Assembly: GCA_900088475.1 (NCBI GenBank)
Contig: FLMG01000914.1
Location: 1-64,000, forward strand
Reading direction: 5' to 3'
DNA length: 64,000 nucleotides
Source: Hyphochytrium catenoides
Taxonomy: Eukaryota; Protista; Hyphochytriomycota
Part shown: positions 39,213 through 48,960 of the stretch, one piece after another
Layout of the letters: every line of letters starts with the position of its first letter
Position numbering within the stretch: position 1 is the first letter of the stretch
Translations under genes and position numbers: made by a program
Notes under the pieces: model-generated
What the model was told of the DNA's origin: nothing
The model's input: the letters and a program-made list of their open reading frames with translations, nothing else
The model's database searches: none

Positions 39213-39745
39213 TCACCCTCCAAGGCTAGACATGGGCTACTGCGAAAGGCTAGCGTCCTCCATTAAACCGCAATCTCTCGGCGATTGACCAGCGGACAAC
39301 GACAGACCTAACGAGGGTTATCAGGAGGGAAGGGAGGGAAATGTCTATACAGAGCTATCACAGACGAAGAAGATGATGGCTTGAATCATACCTATTCACC
39401 GACAATTAATACTTTTAAAAGGTGGCATAATGTACACTAGAACCTGGAGGATGGTGACTGCAAAGGCTGCAAGTCATCAGCCAGATAGCGTTCCTATGGG
39501 CTTACATACTGGGACAGAAGAGAGACAGAATGGCACCTTCTCTCTCTGAGTAACGCCGCCCATCATCTCATTAAAAGTCGACACATATCCGAGGCAGCTA
39601 TGGCCCATCTTCGGCCGTCTTGGTGGGTCGCCTAGTGAACAAAGGTGAAAGGGAAGAAAAATAGATAAGGAAATGCTACTTTGAACGACCAAAGCCCCTC
39701 TTCTCTCTTGGGACTCTGTTCTTTCCTCTCTTGCTTCGTAGTCCT
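39213..39745. repeat. Direct repeat copy A (~530 bp), paralogous to 44926-45442
   Basis: Shared blocks such as cataatgtacactagaacctg, gagagacagaatggcaccttctctct and ttaaaagtcgacacatatccgaggcagctatggcccatcttcggccg. Confidence 0.92.
39477..39608 (-). CDS. Conserved micro-ORF or first exon (MGHSCLGYVSTFNE...KVPFCLSSVP), copy 1
   Basis: 43 codons, same length in both repeat copies, with 4 synonymous third-position differences. It probably splices at a shared t|GTAAGC donor. Confidence 0.45.
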   Translation of the reverse strand: MGHSCLGYVSTFNEMMGGVTQREKVPFCLSSVPVCKPIGTLSG

Positions 39746-39979
39746 CGAGCGAGCTTCGAACAACACTCGTTTGACATAAAAGAGTACATAACCAAAATAG
39801 TAGGCTCCTGCCGCTTTCCGCTTAGAGCCTTTTTAGGACGCCCATAACTCTACTATGCGATCCATGCTTGTATGTGATACACAGCGGTGGACGTTGGCGT
39901 CGTGTTGCCAGGAAGGAAGTCTCACTCTGCAACCGGAGATCATGCCACTGGGAGTTGAGCATGCTTTCATCAGATCTCG

Positions 39980-40110
39980 TCCTCCTCGTTTGAGGGGGAA
40001 GGAGAGGGTCAAACTCCATCGGGAAGCGCTTCTCTCTTAGATAAAAAGGAAAACGCCTCCTGGCCTTCGCCGTCCCCACTCAAGCTCTCCTTCTCCTCAA
40101 ACGAGGAGGA
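39980..40110. repeat. Inverted repeat / stem-loop, ~26-bp stem (16 bp perfect), ~78-nt loop
   Basis: tcctcctcgtttgagg (39980-39995) is the exact reverse complement of cctcaaacgaggagga (40095-40110). The stem extends through gaaggagag/ctctccttc. Confidence 0.85.
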
Positions 40111-40656
40111 GGCGGGCGGACCCTTCCTAGCATTGGCAAGACAAAAGAAGTAACGCGTCCTTTTCTTTGATGCATCGTCTCTCTTCGCTCTTATATTAAC
40201 GTTTGTTACCCGTTGATTTCTTACTTCTCTTCGTGCAAGCTAGTAGACCTACCTTGTCTCCTCGATAAGGGCGAACTCTATGGCCTGGTACTACTGAAGA
40301 GATGATCGCCGTAGGAGTACTAAGAGAAGAAGAAGAAGATAAAGAGTAGCCCCAAGACGACAAGAACAGAGATCTTTAAACGGGAGAAGCCGGCTGGTAA
40401 GAGCCTTCTCTTTAGATAGACTTGATATAAAGCATATATTTTGCATATATAGTATGGGGCACTTCCGCTCTGATCACGTCATCATCGCCTCTGTACTCTC
40501 TCTTCTCTCTCCTCCGGTGTGATCCACCACGTTGAGTTTACCTTTCCTTCTTCTCCTTCCAACAAGCCCGAGGTAGGTGGAGCGGAGGGCCTCACGCTGC
40601 TGACCTATATCGCGTTTCTATAAGTGCTACGTTTATAGTAGAAAGCCTACCAAGCG

Positions 40657-41336
40657 TTAATCTTCTAGACAGGCCTTAGGTACGGGGCGCGGTAGAGACT
40701 TAGGTAGGGGACGCGGTCGAGAGTTAGGTGCAGTGGAGGGCTTAGAAGGGCTCACTTCTTCTGCGAGTCGTCGTCTCACAACCCTATTGCCCCCGCCCTT
40801 CTCTGCGTCGGGGTTAAATGTGTACGAGACACTTTGGAGGCAGGGATGGGCAAAAGGCCAAGGGACAGCAGCGATAGCGCCACCAATATCCGTCCGTACC
40901 GTTGGCATCAAGGAGAATCTCTCCCGTTCCTGGGAACACCCTACGTGGCAATGAACCGAGGAAGGGATGTGAAAAGAACTCGGCAGTTGCGCCCGAATCT
41001 TCTTCTTTCTGTCGCTGTAGCGGGGCTCCATAGCTTAACATTCGGAGAATACACCTCTAGCTCCCTGTAGTACGATAGAAGGACATCGTCTTGAAGAACC
41101 TCTTTCCAGCATGCATTGGCAGTACGTGGCGGCTGGCATAGATACCGTTCAACCGGAGCATAGGACGAGAGCTTCCTCTTGCTTACGGGCGCTTCGAGGG
41201 CGCTTTCATAGAGAGCTCCTGCGGAACCGCTCTTTAGGGCTTGGGGAAGCTGTTCAGGAGCCGCAGTAGCTGTGTAAGGCTGAACTGAGAAGAGCGCAGA
41301 GATGAGAAAGAGCGACAGAGAAGATAGGGTGTTCAT
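40657..41336 (-). pseudogene. Secreted Cys-rich protein paralogue B1, broken by two +1 frameshifts
   Basis: Signal peptide MNTLSSLSLFLISALF. Homology to B2 runs across three frames: YLCQPPRTANACW..LWSPATA / LPRRVFPG..WRYRCCPL / HPCLQSVSY..RRRL..RPVPKACLE. Shifts at ~41006-41008 and ~40852-40859. Confidence 0.75.
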
Positions 41337-41774
41337 GGTAGACTTTTGCTTGCTTGCAGGAAATCTTTCTCCCCTGGTCCTCTGAAGTTTGGACCTGTGG
41401 TTTCCCTTCTGCTCTCAGGTCTGGTGGCGCGGTAGAATGCTGCTGTGGCTGTCGGGCGAGTGTCCGGCGCTTGAGGATTCAGAGGAATGTTGCCGAATGA
41501 GAGGTGTGAAGGCAAAGGAGCGGCAGAGGGAAGGGGGAAAGTCCATTAGAGAAAGCTAAGAAAGCGCAAATAAGCCCTTCTTCTTCTTCTTCTCTGTAAG
41601 CGAGGAGGAGGACGAAAGGATTGCAGAGAGGGAAGGACAGAGGAAGGATGCAGCAAGGAGGACCAACAACAAGGAAGTAACTCTGATAAAAGCCACGGAC
41701 AGACAGGGCGAAAGAGAAGAAAGAGACCGACAGGGAGGAGTGCACTTGCTAGGGAAGCCGTGGCTGAAGAGTAG

Positions 41775-41816
<42 letters not shown>

Positions 41817-43409
41817 AGAGGTAGAACTCTGAGAGCAAAAGATAGCCAGAGGAGGAGGCAAGAGGCCGTGAAAAAGCAGGCAGGGGAGGCGTAGAAAGAG
41901 ACAGAGAGTGAGTCAGTAGTTCTATTATTACTATTCACAGGTGTTTAGGTTTTTTGTGCTTGGTTCTACCATCGCCTTCAACCTCTTGATAAATATAAAA
42001 TAGACTAGACAAGTAGACACGAAACAGTAGAAAAAAGAAAGAAAAAAGAGGCTATAATTTTGGCGAAAGTGCCATTTTATAACTACTACTATACTTTATT
42101 TTCACGTCATTAACGGTCTGATAAAAGCGTAGGAAACGGTTGTACTTTTATTTACTTACTAGTTGGAGAAACTAATAAGCGGAGTAACTACATACTAGAC
42201 GTTATGCATAGCCTACGAGTACTGCCGTCTCTACCACCTCCACACTCCACCACACCACCACTACTAGAGAAGACCTCCGGCAACAGCTCCAGGAAGCTGA
42301 CCCAAGATCGCATCCTCCATATGCGCAGGCAGGGGCATCCGGTGGAAGACCATTTCAGCATTGCAACGTTGCAAGAGGACAGAGATTCGTCTGTAAGGGT
42401 GGTAGTGAGACATGAGAGAGGAAGACCTACACTCCCACACCTATCAAAGATAGCCCTAAGCCATTCTTTCAAGGTCAAATGAACGGTTTCCGTTGCCCCG
42501 CCACGGTTGTACTGTACGGGTCACACTGTTCACTGATACTAATAAAATATACATAAAGTAGTTCTACTGCTCTAGTAGTTAACCGAAAGTAAAGTACTCC
42601 TACCAGTAGTACTAAGTACTAATACTACAGAGCCCGAAACTTCGAACTCAGGGGCCACATAATATAACAGTCTTGGCTCTCCTCGAACGGCAACATCCTA
42701 GCCTCTGTTCCCTCGCGGCCGCCGCCAGCGTCAGTGGTCAGTCTCTTCTCGCACTTTTTATGCGGTGTCTTGACGTACTTTCTTGACGTTGCCCATGACC
42801 CATGACGGCGGGTTTCCATTCTTCATCGACTTGCAGCAGCAGGAAGCACCAGCCCTTTCCTTTCTAACACTATCACCTCCTTCTCTGGAAGAAAAAACTG
42901 ACTCTCTCTCGCTTGCTGTCTTCACCTCTTCTCTTTCTTTTGCTCCTTATCCTCGTCCCTCCTCTCGCGCTGTGTCTCTTTTTGCCTCGCTTTTGTCCGT
43001 CTTTGTCTCACTCTCTCCACAATCTTTTACCAACAGCGATTGATCTTGGGGGTTTGTTCTCTTTCGTCCCCCTCTCTGTTTCTCCTCCCTGCCTGCCTCT
43101 GCTCCTCCTTCCACTTCTCTTCAACTGCTTCCGACTAGCCGGCTTGCGCCTTCTCTCCGTCGTTGTCTGCAATCTTTCTTTCTCTTATGTGGCCTATCTC
43201 CTTCTCGTTCTTATCTGACTCTCCTTTTACTTCTCCGTTCATTCCATAACATTCCTCTGAACCTACAAGCGCCCGGCTGGTCACACACCCGTGGAGACCA
43301 GCTGCAGAAGTCAAAGGCACGAGCACCCAGCAGCGAAGAGGGCCATAAACACATCCAGACTACTGAAGACCAGAGGAGAAAGACTGTCTCAAGCAAACAG
43401 GAATCCGCC

Positions 43410-44086
43410 ATGAACACCTCATCTTCTCTATCACTTCTTCTCGTCGCTGCTCTCTTCGCAGCGGGACCTCTTTCAGCCATTGGTGCTCCTCATAAGCTGT
43501 CCCAAGGCCTCAGGCGCAAGCATGCAGCAGCCATCGATGAACAAGTCGCTGAAGCCCCGTGACTGAGAGAAAACTCACTAGCGGCGCCCCGGCTGACGAT
43601 TACTTATGCCATCCCCCGCGTACTGCACATGCATGTTGGCAAAAAGTTCCTCAAGACGACGCCTTTTTGAAATACTATAGGTGGCTGGAAGACAAGCATC
43701 CCAGCCGCTACTGGCGGCTATGGTCCCCCGCTACGGCGGAAGAGGAAGAAAATCGACAAGCAGCTGTCGTAGAGCCCGAACTCGGCGACATTCCACCTCC
43801 TCTGCCAGAAAGAGTGTTCCCAGGGAGCGAAGAGATAGTCGCCAATGGCAAGGATACGAGCGGCTGGAGTTATCGCTGCTGCCCCTTACCTCCTACCCAT
43901 CCCTGCCTCGCAAATGTCTCTTACGAGCTTAATCCCGGCAAATGGATCACTTTGTCCGTCGCACGACGACGACTCACACCTCAAGCGACTCCTGCTCCTT
44001 CTGCCTCTAACCCTACTAGCCCGATACCTCCTACACAGTCAGGGCGTCCCGTACCACAGTCTTGTCTAGAGAAGGTTCTCGAGTAA
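43410..44086 (+). pseudogene. Secreted Cys-rich protein paralogue B2, one -1 frameshift after the signal/propeptide
   Basis: ATG 43410 MNTSSSLSLLLVAALF...EAP hits TGA at 43560. The mature domain (VTERKL..YLCHPPRTAHACW..YRCCPL..HPCL..RRRL..RPVPQSCLE) continues in the 43559 frame. One more C in the CCCC run at 43555-43558 would join them. Confidence 0.75.
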
Positions 44087-44925
44087 GCTTTCCTCTGCTG
44101 AAGTAGCAGCTCCTGCAAATACGGCAGCGAATTTAGCAGCGTGCGCCCGCCGGCCTGCCAGCTGCCTAACTCGGGTAGAGTGGAGGAAGTGAGAAGTGAA
44201 CAAGCGCAAAAGCTCGATGTGGGCGGTGTTACAAAATGACGGGAAAGAGAGGAGAGACAATGATGATTATGGACTATGATAGGCGTGAGGACCCATCGTC
44301 CATGCTTTACACACTATATATAATAGAAGGCTGTTACCACTTGCTTCTACTTTTTGAAGGTTAGGTAGCTCGCAAACACTGAAGGACAGAAAGATAGAAA
44401 TGACCGAAAGGGGAAAGAAGGTAGCGAGGAAGAAGAAGGGGTCACACCGCAGGCAAGAGAAAGCAAGCACTGTCAACGTCTTTTACCGGTTCTTCTGCAT
44501 ACACTTTCTAGAGGAGGTATCGCTAGAGTCTTCTGATGAAAATCTACCTACAGAAGATATCCTTGTCGTCGTCCATTATCCCTTACAGAATGAGGAAAGA
44601 AAGAAGGATGAGCTTTATCTCTGTTTCTTCCTTACATATTCTTCCCTCTTTCTCAGCTCAGACGATGCTTTATTCATACTGGAGAGGAAGAGAATATGGT
44701 GATTCCTAGCCAAAGTCTCATCAATCTGCTGTACTTGGCGCGCAAACTTTCAAGTCCAAGCCACGCTCCTCCAGTTTTCTCCTGGGTAACGAAGAAGTGA
44801 TAGCGCACGTCCAGCAGACGTTTTGCCGGGGTTAGTAAGGAGACGACGAACAGTGATAAGAACCACGGCAATAGATTTTTAAAGCGCTATCATATAGAGA
44901 GTCCTCGTCTGAGGCCATAGTAGTG

Positions 44926-45442
44926 TCACCCCTCCTAGAGGAACAAGGGCTGCTGCGGGAGGCTAGCGTTCTTGACCAAGGCGCACTCTCTTGTCTATCG
45001 ACCGAGCGGACAACGATAGACCCTAAAGAAGACTATACGGTAGCAGGGGAGGGTTAATGTTGATACAGAGCTGTCACTGACAACCATGATGATGGCTTGA
45101 TTCATATATCTATTCACTTACAATAACTTAGAAGGACATAATGTACACTAGAACCTGAAGGGTGGCGACTGCAAAGGCTGCAACCCATCAGCCAGATTGA
45201 GATTCTATGGGCTTACAGACTGGAACAGAGGAGAGACAGAATGGCACCTTCTCTCTGAAAGTAAGGCCGCCTATCGTCTCGTTAAAAGTCGACACATATC
45301 CGAGGCAGCTATGGCCCATCTTCGGCCGCCTTGGATTGACTATTGAACAAGCGCAAAAGGGAAGAAACAACAAACGAAGAACTATAAACAACAAAGGCCC
45401 CTCTTCTCTTATGGGACTCCTTCTCTCTTGGTTCGAAGTCCT
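44926..45442. repeat. Direct repeat copy A' (~520 bp), paralogous to 39213-39745
   Basis: Same shared blocks as copy A, same orientation; it abuts the stop codon of SCP phosphatase 2. Confidence 0.92.
45188..45319 (-). CDS. Conserved micro-ORF or first exon (MGHSCLGYVSTFNE...KVPFCLSSVP), copy 2
   Basis: See copy 1; identical length and mostly synonymous or conservative changes. Confidence 0.45.
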   Translation of the reverse strand: MGHSCLGYVSTFNETIGGLTFREKVPFCLSSVPVCKPIESQSG

Positions 45443-46250
45443 AGGCCACAACGACAGCTGTCTGTTGCCTGTCATCACAGCTCAAGTGCGACGTTGCCTT
45501 TACCAGATCGTCATAGTTGAGATAGTCTTCGTCAATGGGCTCGTCATCGTCATCGTACCAGCATTCGTCCTCTCCGAGGTACTCTCTGTACTGATCAAGC
45601 ATTTTATCCACCGAGAACATCGCTGCCAATTTAGTCCTTACATCCCCGTTCCAGTCCGCAAACTGGGTGATGAGGATAGTCCAGAGATGCGTAAGAGCAT
45701 CGTCCGCCTCGTCATCATAGAAAGAAGGGACAGGAATGCCGTTGCTTGGTTGCAGGAGGAAAGAGGCGAAGTTGTTGTCGACGAGGATGGTTCGTGCCAT
45801 GTTAGGGCTGGCCACGTAGAGATCCTTCAGGTACATCTCGGCCTTCTGCACACAGGAATCCCTGTAGAAAACCTTCTTAAAGAGCTGCTGGTCAGGGTCG
45901 AGCACCTTCACCACTGCTTCGCCATAGATCTCCTCAGCTGCGGAGTAGAGGTAGAGGTCAAAGTGCTGGGCGGCCTTTTCAAGAAAGGCATCAAGTCCAG
46001 GTCTCTTGTTCACAATGGCTCCTTCTCCGTCTGACATGATAATCTCAAAGGAGTCTGGGTAGCTATTGTCAAGGTCTGGACGGTCCTCTGCCTGTCGATA
46101 GTCTCGCACCTGCCCTAAGAACCGTGTATGTACCAGGCACTCGTCCATGTCTAACACAAGGGCTATCTTCTCATCGTACTTGGTGTAGAGCATAGCTTCG
46201 CTGTCATAGAGGTTGCTGACCAGAGAGTCTGGGGACACAGGCGGCTTCAT
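45441..46250 (-). CDS. SCP/FCP1-like (NIF domain) HAD phosphatase, copy 2, intronless (269 aa)
   Basis: IALVLDMDECLVH, VNKRPGLDAFL, YSAAEEIYG, LDPD..FYRDSC, YLKDL, ILVDNN, QPSNGIPVPSFYDD; acidic tail. Confidence 0.93.
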   Translation of the reverse strand: MKPPVSPDSLVSNLYDSEAMLYTKYDEKIALVLDMDECLVHTRFLGQVRDYRQAEDRPDLDNSYPDSFEIIMSDGEGAIVNKRPGLDAFLEKAAQHFDLYLYSAAEEIYGEAVVKVLDPDQQLFKKVFYRDSCVQKAEMYLKDLYVASPNMARTILVDNNFASFLLQPSNGIPVPSFYDDEADDALTHLWTILITQFADWNGDVRTKLAAMFSVDKMLDQYREYLGEDECWYDDDDEPIDEDYLNYDDLVKATSHLSCDDRQQTAVVVA

Positions 46251-48360
46251 TGTGCTTCTATAGTGGTGCTTCTTGATATAAACTGCAGCCCGAGGAAGGA
46301 AGTCTAATAATTGTAGGTGAAGAGGGAAACCTCAAGCACTTCCTGAAGTGATAGGGCGAGCGAGGTAGTAGGTGCTCGCGGCCGCGATTGAGGAGGAAAG
46401 GAGATGGAAGAAGGAGAGAGAAGATTGCGGATTGAAGAGAGCTCTCGACTATTTCTTGAGTTGGCGTCCAGTAGAAGGTAGGCTCTCTGAGGACAGGAGG
46501 AAAGGAAAGGTGGCTCAGATGGCTCAGAATGGGAAGAGAGCTCATGATGAAGACCAGAGTTACTGGTAAAGAATGGAAAGGAAAGAGAAACAGCAAGAGA
46601 GAGAGAAAGAGAGAAAGAGAGAGAGAGAGAGAGGGGGAGAGAGAGNNNNNNNNNNNNNNNNNNNNNNNNNNNNNNNNNNNNNNNNAGAGAGAGAGAAAGA
46701 GAGAGAGAGGAGAGAGAGGAAGCCAGTGAGCCAGATACTAGTGCGCGACAGGTGCCGTCTGAGGGGAGACAAAGGTCATGATGCCGCCACAGTAAATGAC
46801 TGGCTTAAGATCAACAGGCCCTCAGATGACCTTCAGCTTGTGTTTGTTCGCGCGACCCCTAGGCAATATACTGACTATCGATCGGGTCGATGAGGAGTGA
46901 GTTTGGCCTCGTCATCTTGTCCACCCACCCCATCATTGGAATGGCCCAGGTATCTAAAGGTAAACCGCTCATTTTATTTTCGGCAGCTCTAAGACTGGTA
47001 CGCCGTCTAATCCTATTCCGTTCATGGGCCAAACTACAATAACTGAGGCTTCTGCCTTATGTGGCGGGTGGGACGGCTTTAAAGTCGCCTTTCTCTTCTG
47101 TCTTTTATGATATATCGAATTCGTCATATTTCGTATCGGTGTCTCTTGACAAACAGTGCGTATATGTCCATAATTAGGAATGAGGATTGACATGAAGTGT
47201 GTCATGCAGAAAGGGAAGACACGGATTGGACTGAGTGTAGCATTTGTGATGTTAGAGGAAAAAAGAACCAAGGGTTTAGCACGTCTGGCTTCCTTTTCAC
47301 ACTGCTTCACTTCCCGTCTTCCTCTTTACCTTTCTCAACAAGTGCCATCTCTCTCTCTCCTGTTCACTGACTTACATCGTTATGCTACACTCTGTCTCGA
47401 CAGAGTGATGCTGTTTGAGCAAGAGTTATGTGCGGACAGCACTTCTAATGCCCAAGACAATATCAGGCAACCCGAACCAAATAGAACTAAAGGAGCCTTG
47501 GTTGCCTAACATTTCCAGACATATGGATAGGACAAGATAGGCAAGCAAAAGCAACAGGAAAAAGTGGAAAGATGTAGGATTAAACATAGAAGAAGGTTAT
47601 TAATAGTGAATAGAAGGGTAACATATTCAGAATCAGTTCTAGATTTAGGTCACGAACCAAACTTTAGGTGATGTAAGAGGTGAGCATAGAGCAATTTTTT
47701 GGGGCAAGTGACTTTGAAGCAGGGTGGGCCAGACGAGATACGCTATCCCATACATTATACCCTCAGGAACCAAGGCAGAGGACAGGTAAAGAAGCCAGAC
47801 CCAGGAGAGTGTCTTCCGAACATCACGAACAGCTTTATACATCGACTACATCTCCTGCTTCACCGTCATAAAACAGTACTAGTAGGTCCGTTACATCCTT
47901 CTTTCTTTCTGTCTCTCAAACATGGCCTCTCTGTCTCGCTGGTCTAACACTGAAAAGATGGGCATTACACTCATCTATGTCGAATTTCTCACTCGTTCTC
48001 AGACCGAATCTCACCAACACGCCTTCCGACTTTCTTCTCCTACTCTCCACTGTCCAGAGAGAGGAGGAAAGGAGTACCTTGAAGCTTGAAGATGATGAGA
48101 CAGCGAGGAGAAGAAGAGGGAAAGAGAAGAAGGAGAGAGAGGGACAGTTGGCAAGGCAAGAATCGCCTGCAAAAGAGGAGGAAGACATAGACGATAGGCA
48201 TCTCATCACGAGCCGAAAGCCCGTATTACTATTAGGAAAACGTTATATTCCGCAAACAATCCTCATCAGACACCTGATCTGAGGCTTGGTTCTACTATGG
48301 AGTGCTGCCATCGTCAGCATGGACGGACGCACAGCGTCGAATATGATTAACCCGTTGCTT

Positions 48361-48960
48361 CTAGGGCACTGTTGCTGCTTCTAGTGTTCCTAGTGCTAGA
48401 CAAGTTAGTAGGTGTACAGAATAGGTCTCGCCGGAGGTGGCGGCAAGAGCATACCTCAGGTGAGCAAACAAGGAGAAAACATAGAGAGACGCCGGCAGCG
48501 GAGGATGACTAGGAGAACGAGGTGGGCAGCATCGTATCGTAGATCCATCTACGTCCCCGGTATTAGGAGGTGGAAGTGTTTGTCCTTCACGGCCCGATGC
48601 CTCTCTTATAGACACCACTTGGAAGACGACATGAAGTTTTCACTCATTGGCCGTCAACTAACATTTACTAGCAGCTTTTGGTCCGCATTGACCCTTCCCG
48701 CGCCTAGCGCTTCTGTCGCATAGTAATAAGCGACATGAATCCTTTTAGCTCTGGACTCGGTTCTTTTTGATGAGCTACATGCGGGCGGTGGAGCATTTGC
48801 TGTACGAATACAATAAAAGAAAGTCTTCAAGTTACCGCGTCCCAGATCCTCTGGTTGGACCTCCATGGGGATCATATTAGGCGGAGGCAGACGGCGGAGG
48901 CAGACTGCACCAGAACGGAGGTTGCCAGTGCTATGCCCCTAATAAGTAAGCAACCAGTTG
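48361..48960 (-). pseudogene. Heavily decayed third copy (B3) of the secreted Cys-rich family
   Basis: Fragments in different frames but in the right order: a hydrophobic leader, FYCIRTANAPPPAC (cf. YLCQPPRTANAC), AYYY, and GSTIRCCPPRSPSHP (cf. WSYRCCPLPPTHP). Confidence 0.4.

Noticed and set aside
43345-43366. acacatccagactac resembling RNase P CR-V
   Set aside because: No matching CR-I, and it is not conserved in the paralogous 5' region of B1
42640-45442. B-box-like words (cttcgaactc at ~42640, ggttcgaagtcc at ~45430) as possible tRNA or vault RNA
   Set aside because: No A box at a suitable distance, no cloverleaf or terminal stem, no poly-T terminator
45207-46034. 275-aa plus-strand ORF
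   Set aside because: Antisense shadow of SCP phosphatase 2
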